DNA from: Camelus dromedarius
Lineage: Eukaryota
Reading direction: 5' to 3'
DNA: 64,000 bases
NCBI RefSeq assembly: GCF_036321535.1
Contig: NC_087436.1
Coordinates: 6,758,001 to 6,822,000 of the forward strand
Shown here: positions 51,994-64,000 of the stretch, in pieces
Layout: every line of letters begins with the position of its first letter
How positions within the stretch are numbered: the first letter of the stretch is position 1
Program-made: the position numbers and the translations under genes
Notes under the pieces: model-generated
The model's database searches: none
What the model saw: the letters and a program-made list of their open reading frames with translations, nothing else
Told to the model about the DNA's origin: nothing

Positions 51994-52314
51994 AATCAGA
52001 CTCACAGACAGACATGGAGAGCAAACTTATGGTTAGCAAGGGGGAAAGGGGGTGGGAAGGGATAAATCGGGAGTTCGAGATTTGCAGACACACACTACTG
52101 TATATAAAATAGATAAACAACAAGGTCCTATGGTAAAGCACAAGGAGGTACGTTCAGTATCTTGCAGTAACCTATAATGAAAAAGAATGAGAACAAATAC
52201 ATGTATGTATGTGTATGACTGAATCACGGTGCTGTACACAAGGAACTGACACAACATTGTAAACTGACTATACGTCAATTTAAAAAATAAATAAACATCA
52301 GTTTAAAAAATAAA
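51994..52314 (+). mobile_element. Short L1 3'UTR fragment ~30 nt from the SPMIP2 splice acceptor
   Basis: cagactcacagac...gcaaacttatggtt...gacacaacattgtaaactgactata, A-rich tail. Confidence 0.9.
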
Positions 52315-55118
52315 TAATCACCACACTTTCTTCTAAGGTGCTTTTGTTATTCTAGCGGTAGAAATAATAGCAGCTAATGATGGTACAGCATTTCCTGGTT
52401 CTAGGTGCTGTTATAAACCTTTGAGATGCGTTAATGCAATTAATTCTTATACCATCCAAAGGGAGCAGGGAGCATTGTTTCCGCCAGTTTATCACTGGGG
52501 AACGAGGCACAGAAAGCTTGGTCCCTTGTCCAGAGCCACAGCGATCGAGCCCTTCCCTCCCCCACAGGCTGGCTCACAGTTTGGAGTCTTAATCGCCCCA
52601 CGCCACGGCTTTGTTTCTAACCGGCTTAATGCAGACATGTTCTGTACTCTAAAAATCCTCATGCAGGCCACGTTTGCAGGAGGCAGGCCTTTAGACATCG
52701 GGATGTTTTAGCTACACGGATAAAAGCCTGAAACGAGAATTAGAAAATTCCCCCAAATGTATCAGAAGCCGTTGGAAGAGGGAAGAAATTATCAGATGAG
52801 AAGGACACTGTCTAACAGGTGATGCCCAAAGGCAGGGGTATTTAAGATATATTGGCCTTTTAAATGTAAGACAATGAACAAAAAGGAATCAAGGAATTGT
52901 GGAAGTGGGTGAAACAAACAAAAATAAGAGGAGGTCTGGGTGGCTGACCCCCGAGGTAAACTTGGTACTGAAAGTTAAGGATGTGAGCATATAAAGGAGC
53001 TAAGACTTTCGGGGAGAATGGTCCTGCATAAAGTCGACAGTGAGCTGCTGGCCCCAGAGGAGTTTCAGAAGGCCCGGAACCAACGCAGGTGCAGGACGGT
53101 CCAGGCAGACTGGGGACACAAAGAAGGAACGTCACTCCTCTTACCCAAAGTTGACCCCAGGCCTGGGAGGGGGAAGCTGCCTTGGCTGCAGTTGTGGTGT
53201 CACCTGGCTCCCCCCCCAGCCCTGCAGCCCCTTCATTTTGTTCTGGGTCAGGGATACTCAGAGTTTACAGAGAGCACAGGTGGGCGACATTCTGACCAGA
53301 TGCTCGGATGGAGTGAGTGGTTGGTGTGGTAACAGGTCTGTGCCTAGAAAAGTCATCAAAGCTTTCCAGAGAAGTTGAAAATGTGAGAAGTGGCTCTCCG
53401 GATGCAGGATGTGGGCGGATATTTGCCCAGCCCCTAGTCACCACGGCTCCTGGTGATGCCTGCGTGTTCGCCAGTGGGTCCAGTTCCCACTCAGGTACAA
53501 CTGCTCTGGTGAACGGCCAGACCGCGGAAACTCTTTTCTCTCCCAACGTGACAGCTACCTGAGGGCTCTCCTACAAAACCCCTGCTGTCAGTAAAATTTC
53601 ACCATCTCCAAACAAGATGAAATTAGAGTTGTATTCATTCGTCTAACTGAAATTTCAGGGTATGCTGAGGTCGGTGTTTTCCCAAATATTCCCCAAATGC
53701 TGTTCCCATGAGTGGCATGGAGACGTCTGGGTCGGGGCAGGGGTGGTCCACCGTCAGTACACTTGGGAATACTGTCCGGTTGCCTTTTAGAATTTCCCAG
53801 AATATGAAAACATGTTAACAGTCCTGAGAAATCCAGCGGTAGATCAACCTGTGTCCAATAACTTAGCTTTTCCCAAACTTACGTAAACACGGATCTTTTG
53901 TCCCTGTTGGGCCACCCGCACGCATCCTGCAGACACCTGCTGATTTGGGGGACATAATGACCCTCTGTGTGATGTTTTAGTTGTTGCTAAAATTTTGTCG
54001 TCCCCTCACACTGCTGCGAATGTGAGAGAAGCGTCTATACGCCGTCTTTCCTTCTTCACCCTGTGGACCACAGTCCATTTTTTTTTAAAAGAGCAATTCC
54101 TTGGCACCTGAGTCTAGACCCTTTGTTTCAGACCAAAGAGTGAGAAGTACGTGTGCTCTGCAAACAAAGCGTGGGGATGGGCTCCCCAGAGACTCAAGGT
54201 TCTCGGTGGCTTTTCAGTCAAGTCACGGGACTTTCCTGAACCCCCATCTCCTCATCCGTGCTTTAGGAATAGCGGGATGCTGTGTGCAAGGCACAGAAAG
54301 TTCTGGGACGACGCCCCCTGGTCACCACAGCTGATGCAGGCACCAGGTACAGGACACCAAGCTCACAGCAGCCCCCGGAGCCGGCCCAGGGCTGACCTAA
54401 CCGAAGGTCCGCCTATCACCACCCATCCAGCAACACAGACATGTGGCTCTCCTGATGGGCAGTTTTATGGGTGTTTTCTTAACATGACCCACTTTTCCTC
54501 CCCTAACCCTCATTCCCCAGAGCCTAAACTCTCTGCTGGATCCAATTCCCTGCTTAAAAGGTCAAAATTTCCAAGTCCTGTCCAATCCACGGTGTCTTAA
54601 CTCTTCCTTTAACAACTGGCATCTTTGTTCGGCTGCTGTTGCAACATCCCGTAGGGAGTTAACTTTTCTCATCATATGGCAGGCTTTTTTGGCTCTTCCA
54701 TTCTTTTCCCCAAAATTCCAGCCCTCATTTGCCAGCCGTGAAGTTGGCAGCTCCTGGGTTAACAAAACCCTCAAGTGCCCATCTTCTTTGGAATTCTCAC
54801 TCACGGCTGAGGACCAGCTCCCGTGGGACCACTCACAGCTGTGCTACATAAACAGAGCCGCCCAGCGTCGGTCCTCCGCCGTGAGCGCCAGGTCGTGATG
54901 GGGAAGGAGACGTGCTTCCACTAACACCTGCGTCAAGCTTTGTGCGTCCTGTTTCTGCACCTTCCTTCCCTGGAGAAACTGTGATCTCAAGGACAGGGAG
55001 TAGAGCCCGCTTTCCGTCTCCCCTGTACGCACCCAACGTGACTTCCTCCTCTGGTTCTGAAATTCTAAAGTTACAGTCAAGGATGCGTTTTTGAAGCTAA
55101 ACTAGTGCAGGAATGGCA

Positions 55119-55216
55119 GGGGGTGGAGGGGTTTAGCTCAGCGGTAGAGCGTATGCTTAACATGTATGAGGTCCCAGGTTCAATCCCCAGTACCTCCATT
55201 TAAAAAAAAAAGAAAT
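55119..55216 (+). mobile_element. tRNA-derived camelid SINE
   Basis: tagctcagcggtagagcgtatgcttaacatgtatgaggtcccaggttcaatccccagtacctcc plus A-tail; degenerate flanking repeat aaactagtgcagg/aaactactgtagg. Confidence 0.9.
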
Positions 55217-55581
55217 TAAAACTACTGTAGGGTCCAATCCTGGCTTTGTCTTGTGCTGGCTTTGTGACCCAGGCCTCTGAGTTGAAGCTTCTCATCTATT
55301 AAGCAGGAACAGTGACGCCTATCTGGTGGCCTTGCTGGAAGATGAGGGTTAATTAATTAATTTTACTTAAAGATGTGCTTATCTGAGAACCTGACACCTG
55401 AGATACAGCAGTATTATTATCAGTGTCTCTTCCTCTTTCTTGTTTGTTTCTTGTTGCAATTTGATGCTTTGTCTTACCTGTTACATTTTGTAAAATATGT
55501 CTTGGGAGCTTTATCACTGATAAACGATTTATTTCTTACTGTGAATAAGCATCGAAGTGTTTCTCGAGAGTGCTTCTAGAC

Positions 55582-55917
55582 CAGGGGTGTGCAAACTTTT
55601 CCTGTAAAGGGCCAGAGAGGAAAAATTTTCGGCTTTGCATGCGGGGCATACAACCTCCGTCTCAACTACTAAGCTCTGCCCTCGTGGGTCAAAAGCAGCT
55701 CTGGACACTGTGTAAAGGAGTGAGCATGGCTGTGTTCCAATAAAACTTTGTAGAAAAGACGTTATAATTTCAGTTTTCACATGTTACAAACCATTACTCA
55801 TTTGCTTTCCCCACCCCCAACTATTTGAAAAGGTAAAAGCCATTCTTTGCCCACATGCCCTGCCAAAGCAAGTGGCAGGACAAGTTTGATCCAGCAGCCG
55901 TAGTTTGCCAACCTCTG
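55582..55917. mobile_element. MER58B-like hAT DNA transposon
   Basis: caggggtgtgcaaacttttcctgtaaagggccag...ggctgtgttccaataaaacttt...gtagtttgccaacctctg with terminal inverted repeats. Confidence 0.85.
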
Positions 55918-56705
55918 AAGACAGTGGACACTAAAGAAGCAGGTGCCACAGAGGCTGGGAAGAACACAGACGGGCGAATCTGGGAGAGTTTCCAACAAAC
56001 TTCATCTGCTTGTCAACACTTCATCAACACTTGGAAAGGACCCGGCAGTAGCTTGTGTCAGTAGAACAAGAGAATTCAGAAAATTCCGTGCCGAGGCAAA
56101 TGTCTTTTTCTGACCTCCGCTCTTCATCTGTGGTGTTTCAGTTAATTCATTAACTCATCTATTCATTTACTCTCTCGCTGATTTATGTATTCATTTATGT
56201 AACAAATATTTATTGGACTATGTGCCCAGCACTGTTCTGAGTGTGGGGGATACAACAGGAAACAAAGCCAAGACCTCCCCTTCAAGGGGCGTCTCTTCTC
56301 GGTGAGAGGCAGGCAGTGCTGGCAAACAGTCTTTCAGCATCTTTCGTCTGGTTTATCATGATAACCTCCTAACCAGTCATGGCTCCAGTTTCTCTCTTAT
56401 CCGGTCCATCCTCCATCAGCTGCCAAGAGTAATCCAAAACTCAGATAAAGTAACATCCCTTCTCCTAAAAAACGTGAAATGATGTTCTCTTGTTTCTGTA
56501 AGGTTTTTATCCAGATTTCTTAGGATCGCTAACTAGTGTCTTTGTAAAGTGAGCCAAGCCTCCTCCTTTTTTTTTTTTTTTTTTTTGCTTTTTTTCTCTT
56601 TCTCTCTTCTCTTTCTTTCACCAAGGAAATAGTTCTTTTATTGTAAAGAATAAGCCAAAATGGGAAACAACAAAAAAAAAGATTTCACTCCAAACACATA
56701 TTCAG

Positions 56706-58409
56706 GCGCGTATATCCATGAACAGAGAAAACTGTAACCAAAATCTACCTAAGCAAGAGCTCAGGGTAATGATCATAAAGATGATCAAAGAACTTGGGAG
56801 AAGAATGGATGAACAGAGAGAGAAGTTAAGAAGTTTTTAACAAGGATTCAGAAAATATAGAGAACAAGTAAACAGACGAAAAATACAATAACTGAAATGA
56901 AAAATACACAGAAGGAATCAACAATAGTCTAAATGCTACAGAGGAACAGATCAGTGAGCTGGAAGGCAGAGGAGTGGAAATCACTACCACAGAACAGAAA
57001 AAAATAAAAAGAAATGAGGACAGTTTGAGAGACTTCTGGGACAACATCAAGACACTAACATTGACATTATAGGGGTCCTAGAAGGAGAAGAAAGAGAGAA
57101 GGGGGCAGAAAACATATCTGAAGACAAAATAGCGGCAAACTTCCCTCACCTGGGAAAGGAAAGACATCCAACTCCAGGAAGCACAGAGAATCCCAAACAG
57201 AAGCAACCCAAAGAGGACCACACCAAGTCACGCTGTAATTAATATGACAAAAATTAAAGATAAGTAGAGACTATTAAAAGCACCAAGTGAAAAGCAAACA
57301 ATAACATTCAAGGGAACTCCCGTAAGGCTACCAGCCAACTTCTCAGCAGGAACTCTGCAGGGCAGAAGGGAGCGGCACGGTATGTTTAAAGTGACGAAAG
57401 GGAAAACCCTAGAGCAAAGAACACTTCGCCCTGCAAGTTCTGAATCAGATCGATGGAGAGATGGAAAGCCTTACAGACAAGCAAAGCTAAGAGTTCGGCA
57501 CTGTCAAGCCAGCTCCCAAGAAATGTTAAAGGGACTTCTCTAACCAAAAACAAGAAGGCCACCGCCAGAAACACGCAAATTACAAAAGGTAGAGGCAAAG
57601 CTACAGTAAAGGCAGTGAATCAGCCACGTGGAAAGCTGGTGGGAGGTTAAAAGATGAAAGGATAAAATCATCTACACCTGCAATAAGTGTAGTCAAGGGG
57701 TACACAGAGCAAACAGATGTAGAACAGGGTGTCAAAGACAGCAAATGTTGGGGGCGGGGAGTAAAACTGCAGGGTTGTTGAAATGCGTTTGAACTGAAGA
57801 GATCAGCAACTTACGATGATCACACACGGAGAGCGCTATGTACAGTGTGGGAAATAGTCAACAGTTATGTAATAACTTAGTATGGTGAACATGACAACTA
57901 GGCTTATTGTGGTGATCACTTTGAAATATACAGACACACCAAATTACTATGCTGTGTAACAGGAACTAACCTAGTGTTTCAGGTCAATTACACTTCAGAA
58001 ACCAACCAACCCATGGGAAAAGACGTCAGACTTGTTTGTGGTCACCAGGGGCAGGAGGGCGGGTCGTGGGGGAGAGGGGTTTCGGTGAAGGCAGTCAGCA
58101 TGAACAGACGCCCGGTTATAAGATAAATCAGGACTCGGGATGTAATGTACAACATGAAGAATACAATTACCACCGATCCAGGTTACACATGACAGTTGTT
58201 GAGGGTAAATCCTAAGTTCTCATCACAAGAAAAAGTTTTGTTTCTGTTTCTTCTATTTTGAACGTGTATGAGATGAGATGAGGGATGTTCACGAAACACT
58301 GTGACCGTCACTTCATGATGTATGCAAGTCCAGTCATGATGCATAAAATATTACACCTTAAACTCATGCCGTGCCATATGTCAATTGCATCTTAACAAAA
58401 CTGGAAGAA
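56706..58409 (+). mobile_element. ORF1-only L1 (HAL1-like or ORF2-deleted), degenerate
   Basis: L1 ORF1 motifs to stop near 57543 (gaggacagtttgagagacttctgggacaacatcaag; gaaatgttaaagggacttctctaa), spacer, then L1 3'UTR ending aaaactggaagaaaaa; no ORF2; 12/14 TSD. Confidence 0.8.
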
Positions 58410-58786
58410 AAACCAATATTCAGTTTGTTAAATTTCTGAGAGCGCCAAATAAGTCTCAGGCAGAAACATCCTTGCTACAAACCTTTGTTCTTCCCTCAGA
58501 CAATAAACCTCCTGTGAACAATCTGAAAACATCAGAGGCAGCCTCCAATAATCTCGTAGGATTATTGTGTTACCACGTCAACCTCGATACATGCTACGAT
58601 AGGAGGAAATTACACAGAGAATTATAAATTGGATTTCAGAGTTATAAAGAATTCGAGAATTCACCTGCTGCTTATACACAGTTCAGCCGATGGTTCAGCT
58701 AATATTGGTGGTGCCCACCAGGTACCCAGCGCTGGGTCAGAGTGAACAAAGGTTGACGTGGCCTCAAGTTTCCTGGTTTCTCGTTA

Positions 58787-59117
58787 TGTTACGGACCGAA
58801 TGCTTCTGTGTCCCCCAGATTCATATGTTAACTCCTAAGGCTCAATGTGATGGTGTTTGGAGGTGAAGCCTTTGGGGCATGATTAAAACCGAGACCCCAG
58901 AGAGCCCCTCCCCACGTCGGCCATGTGAGTTTATTGTGGAAAAGGGCCACTTGTGCACCAGAAAGTGGCCCCCTTGGCCCCAGACACTGAATCTGCTCTC
59001 ACCAGGAGCCTTGATCTCGGATGCCCAGCCTCCAGGACTGTAGGAAATAAACTTCTGTTGCTCATAGGTCACCTGGCCTGTGCCATTGTGTTACAGCATC
59101 ACAGATGGACGGTCACA
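58787..59117 (+). mobile_element. MaLR MLT1A-like solo LTR
   Basis: tgttacggaccgaatg...tgtcccccagattcatatgtt...cccagcctccaggactgtaggaaataaacttctgttg. Confidence 0.82.
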
Positions 59118-60356
59118 CCGTGTAGTCTAAAGAGGACCACGTTCGCCTCCTTCAGGAAGCACCATCTGCTCTCAGGACAGATGCTGTCACTCACTGAAAC
59201 CTCAAAGTGCGGTTTGAGCCACAGGTCATGGGGTGCTCAGCTTTTCCGGCTGTTTCAGGAGGGTGTGCCTTGTCCATCTGCTGGTCAAGCAATCCCTGGT
59301 TAGTTCCCTTTGGAGATTTGAACTGTCTTCTGTTTGCTTTGAAGCTTCCACAGCATCCTGGCCAGTGCCACGCGCTAGTCAAATGCTTGGTAGTATTTGT
59401 TGCAAGAATGACTACTTCATCATGAAGGTGCTGATATCATCCAAAAATCTAAAATTCCGCATCTTTCCCGGTGAGCACAGCAAGAAGGCAGGAGCAAAAG
59501 TTTTACAAATGTCTCTGGACCTTTTACTTGGAAAATAAAACTGACAGACTCATCTTGACAAAACTTTGCAACCAGGTGGTTTATCCACCTGTTTATGTCA
59601 CCCGAAGGGGGAACCTAAGAAGATAATAATAAATAGGTTTCATTGTTTCGGTTTGATTTTGGCTTGGGATTTTCCTAGTATAAGCGTGCCTAAAATAGTC
59701 AATTTAATATAAGAATTCTTTACCTTCATGGAGGCAGGCTCCAGACATTCCCATGAAAAAAGATGCTAACAAGATCTACATATGCAGAACCAATAAAACC
59801 CACCAGAGTACTGCAAGTAACAGGAAATTGGTCACAAGTGACTTAAATAATAAGGGAAATCATTGTCATATACTAAGACTTTCTAAAGTCTGAGGAATCC
59901 TGGGTTGCTTAACTCAGTCGCTCAGTGGTGTCTTCAGAAGCACAGCCTCCTCCCAGCTCCGTGTTCTGTGGCCTCAGGGTAGCAGGCTGCCTTCAGGCCC
60001 AAGGAGGCTGCAGCTGTTCCAGGTGTCCCATGCAGATCCCACAATGCCCAAGAGGCAGGGTGGGATGTGTGTTTCATCAGTGGAGACGCCTTTCCTCGAA
60101 AACCTCAGGTGCATTCCTCTCTCATTTTATTGGTCATTACTGAGTCATTTCTCTCTTCCTAAAACCAAGCGCTGGCAAGAGGACTGGAATTTCAGGGACT
60201 GGCGTGGATGAATCAGGGTTGAACCCTGAATCACATGGGGCCAGAGCAGACAACCAAACACAATGGCAGCTCTCTAGGAAGGTGGACGATGCACTGGTCT
60301 CTGACTTGTCTGCCACAGAGCATACAGAGAAACGCCTCACAGAAGAGAAGACATCT

Positions 60357-60383
60357 TACACACATACACACACACACACACAC
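60357..60383. repeat. (CA)n microsatellite
   Basis: Directly visible. Confidence 0.85.
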
Positions 60384-60669
60384 ACCCCATGCAACGTTTT
60401 ACTGCTTTACAATTTACTTTTTTTTTTTTTTTTTTTGGTAGCGCGAAGGTAGATTTATTCAGGGAGATGTACACTCCCTTCATAATCTATTTTTAATACC
60501 ACAGGAAGTTATTTAAAGTCACTCCTTGACCCTCTGTTTTTTTATGCTGAATTATCACTTGTTTGGTGTTTATGCTCTCAAAGTGGAGGATATGGATTTA
60601 CACTGAAACAACACAGAAGTAGAGGCAAGCCAGGGGCCCCATCAGAACCCATCTTCACAAAATGCAGGG

Positions 60670-61254
60670 CCAAATATATCCAGAGAGAACTCCAATTCGA
60701 AAAGAGACATGTACCCCAGTGTTCATCACAGCACTAGTTACACCAGCCAAGACATGGAAACAACCTAAACGCCCATCGACAGATGACTGGATAAAGAAGT
60801 TGTGGTATACATCTACAATGGAATACTACTCAGCCATAAATAAGAATAAAATGTTGCCATTTGTAACAACACAGATGGACCTGGAGATCATCATACTAAG
60901 TGAAGTAAGTCAGAAAGGGAAAGAGAAATGCCATATGATCTCACTTATAAGTGGAATCTTAAAAAAAAGACAAATGAACTTATTCACAAAACTGAAAAAG
61001 ATTCACAAACATATAAAACAAACTTATGGTTACAGTGGGAAAGGGGGTAGGAAAGGATAACTTGGAGGTTTGAGATTTGCAGATACTTCTATATATAAAA
61101 TAGATAAACAGCAAGTTTCTTCTGTACAGCACAGGGAACTATATTCAATATCTTGTAGTGACCTGTAATGAAAAAGAATATGAAAAGGAATATGTATGTG
61201 CTGTACACTAGAAATTGACACAACATTGTAAGCTGACTATACTTCAATTAAAAA
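60670..61254 (+). mobile_element. 5'-truncated L1 with TSD
   Basis: L1 ORF2 end (TWKQPKRPSTDDWIKKLWY) and 3'UTR; TSD aaaatgcaggg at 60659-60669 and 61255-61265. Confidence 0.94.
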
Positions 61255-61310
61255 AAAATGCAGGGTGGAGAGGGCCATGTTCCTTGCTGGTCCAGCCCTC
61301 TGGGCTAGAG

Positions 61311-61608
61311 CAGAAGTGGGGAAACTGTCCTATTAAGAGCCAGACAGTGAATGTTTCTGTCACCCCTGCTCAGCCCTGTCTTGTAGCACCCAAGCAGCCA
61401 CAGGCCATACACAGAATGACCATGTGCCTCTATTCCAATAAAACTTCATTTCTGGACACCAAAATTAGAATTTCACATAACTTCACGTGTCACAAAATAG
61501 CCTTCTTTTCATTTTTCCAACCACTTACAAAGATGGAGACCATTTTCAACTGCACAACACCAGGGGTCGAGCCAAATTTGGCCCACGGGTCATGGCTCAT
61601 GCCCCCTG
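61311..61608. mobile_element. MER58B-like DNA transposon
   Basis: gagccagacagtgaat...ttccaataaaacttcattt...gccaaatttggcccacggg. Confidence 0.75.
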
Positions 61609-62791
61609 ATCTGGCCGGTGCCCCCACTGTCCCTTCTCTCACATCTCCTCCATGCATATTTTAGACAGGCAGCTTCTCTCTCTGTGAGAGTCAAATAGTT
61701 GACAACATCACTGCAAGAATAAGTATTTCCTTTAAATGCACTGTTTTGCATGAGAGAGTTTACTTTTTGATTTGTACAAAAGGTCCCAGGAGGGAGTGTG
61801 GCTTCATTCTACTTGCAGGTGTCCATTTGGCCCCATGTCATTTCTGACTTTGTGATCATTGAGTTTCTTATTATTAGAGTTGCAGAGAGACCAGTGCTAA
61901 TATAGTTAACCTGCCAGTGCAAATTAAAGAATAGAAAAGTGGACTTCAAGATTAAAAAAAAATTTTTTTAAATAGAAAAATGGGGCGGGATACTAAGCAA
62001 TACAGATAGACTGGAAATCATAGCATTAGGGGAGGGTGGCACTGGTTTTGCCCACACTGGGAAGAGCTGAGCGGGAAGGCATCGCTCAGTTAGTGCGCTG
62101 AGTGATGATGGTAATTTCTGCCTGGACCAAAGAGAGGAGCGTCGCTAACACTGGGCAGAAACAGCTGGTATGATGCTGTGCATTGTGAAACATACCAGCG
62201 ACTTAATGCCAGGTTTACCTCAAAAGAGAAAAGAAGAGGAACTTACCACTTTGAATGTAGGCATTAAAATGGCAAGGCACATCACAATGACAGATGAGTT
62301 AAAATGTAATTTACTAAAATAACGTTTCTGAGCTTGGCTGAAACACGGCGGTTTCCTTCTCTGTCCCCGGATGGTCAGGACAGTGGGGAGGGATTGTTTA
62401 TTTCTAGGTGGCAGGACGTGACTGCAGCTTAGATCAGGGCAATTTAGACTAGTAAGTGGTGCTTCTCAACCTTGTAAAATCTATAATAAAGGAGTGAAGG
62501 TGGCTTAAAAACGGCTGCAAATAAGTTGTAAGAAAAACACGTGAACCTGCTATTTGGATTATTGAGAAATGTCTAATTCTAAGAAGCAAGCAAGCAGTGC
62601 TCAACAGATGGGTCCACTTTACATTTTTGCAGCTTGTTTGTTACACCTTTACCCTCTTCTGTGCAGCCAGCCAGGGGACGGGTTGCCCTCCCAGATACTA
62701 GTTAAGGGGTCTGAAATGAAATGACTCCTCACTTGATCCAAGAACGGATTCAATATGCTGCCACACTTTGCTCTTAAAATGAGTTTGTGAA

Positions 62792-63577
62792 TGCTGGAGA
62801 GGGTGTGAAGGGAAGGGAACCCTCCTACACTGTCCATGGGAATGTAGTTTGGTGCAGCCTTTATGGAAAACAGTATGGAGATTCCTCAAAAAACTAGAAA
62901 TAGACTTACCCTATGATCCAGCAATCCCACTCCTGGGCATATAACCAAACTCTAATTCAAAAAGATAAATGCACCCCAATGTTCATAGAAGCACTGTTTA
63001 CAATAGCCAAGACACAGAGGCAACTTAAATGTCCATCAACAGATGACTGGATAAAGAAGTTGTGGTATATTTATACAATGGAATACTACTCAGCCATAAA
63101 AAAGAATAAAATAATGCCATTTGCAGCAACATGGATGGACCTACAGATCATCATTCTGAGTGAAGTAAGCCAGAAAGATAAAGCAAAATACCATATGACA
63201 TCACTCATATGTGGAATCTGAAAAAAGGGAAAAAGAGGACACTAATGAACTTATCTACAGAACAGAAACAGACTCACAGACATAGTAAACAATCTTATGG
63301 TTACTGGGGGAAAGAGGGTAGGAAGGGATAAATTTGGGAGTTTGAGATTTGCAAATGTTATCCACTATATATAAAAAATATAGATTAAAAAATATCTTCT
63401 GTAGAGCACAGGGAACTATATTCAATATCTTATAATAACCTTTAATGAAAAAGAGTATGAAAACGAATATATGTATGTATTTGTATGACTGGGACATTCT
63501 GCTGTACACCAGAAATTGACACGTTGTAACTGAATGTACTTCAATAAATAAGTTAATTTTAAAAAATAAAATAAAAT
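62792..63577 (+). mobile_element. 5'-truncated young L1 with TSD
   Basis: ORF2 C-terminus (CPSTDDWIKKLWYIYTMEYYSAIKK) and 3'UTR; TSD aaaatgagtttgtgaa (62776-62791) / aaagtgggtttgtgaa (63578-63593). Confidence 0.95.
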
Positions 63578-64000
63578 AAAGTGGGTTTGTGAACAGGTGA
63601 AATCCAGGACTCACAATGCCATGGGAGAGCAGAGATCAGACGTGATAACACATTAAAATTTCCTTATCAGTCTAGATCTGGATGTCCTCACTTGGGGTCT
63701 AGTCTTCCTTCCTGGGGAGCAAACATATTCTCGCATCAACTGTGAACAACAGGGAGAGCTCTTGGACTAGGGAACCTGGCACTGGGACTTTGACCTTGGA
63801 GTGGTTGCCACTGCTGGGAAGCCTGGGGAAAGTCATTGCATCTTCCTTGGTTAATCCAATTTCTTCTTCTTCTTTTTTTGTAAACAACTCTATTGAAGTG
63901 TAACTGACATACAATAAACTGCATCTATTTAAAGCATGCAATTTAAGTTTTGCAGAAGTGTGTAATGACGAGCAGGGTGCCGGGTAAATACAGTTGAATT

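Noticed and set aside
51452..52141. 229-aa ORF as a single-exon gene
   Set aside because: Composite of antisense L1, the real 233-nt SPMIP2 exon and intron; begins at GTG
29229..55216. tRNA-like sequences with GGTTCAATCC
   Set aside because: SINE heads with A-rich tails and TSDs, not tRNA genes
52315..64000. First coding exon or promoter of SPMIP2
   Set aside because: No matching N-terminal exon with a phase-1 donor recognised; probably outside the window

Overview
Mammalian genomic DNA, almost certainly a camelid (alpaca/llama/camel): the short tRNA-derived SINEs resemble the camelid Vic-1 type as I recall it, and the L1 3' ends fit. Two genes overlap in opposite directions. FNIP2 (+) contributes its last two coding exons (2661-2776, 3800-3878) and a ~3.4 kb 3'UTR. 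C4orf45/SPMIP2 (-) contributes four exons (51731-51963, 38984-39042, 11316-11505 and a predicted last exon at 768-857) that splice in frame; its first exon lies beyond the right edge. The whole 3' end of FNIP2 therefore sits inside the last SPMIP2 intron. The rest is intronic and repeat-rich: truncated L1s, an ORF1-only L1, SINEs, ERV1/MaLR/MLT2 solo LTRs, MER DNA transposons, MIR/L2 and microsatellites. I found no convincing wholly new biological system. The best leads are a local A/T-to-G/C substitution hotspot at the FNIP2 3' end, a duplicated miR-92-site/poly(A)-signal module, a candidate MiT/TFE plus AP-1 enhancer, and several unusual retrotransposition structures. Gene and repeat family names are from recognition, not database searches; repeat boundaries are approximate unless target-site duplications (TSDs) are quoted.
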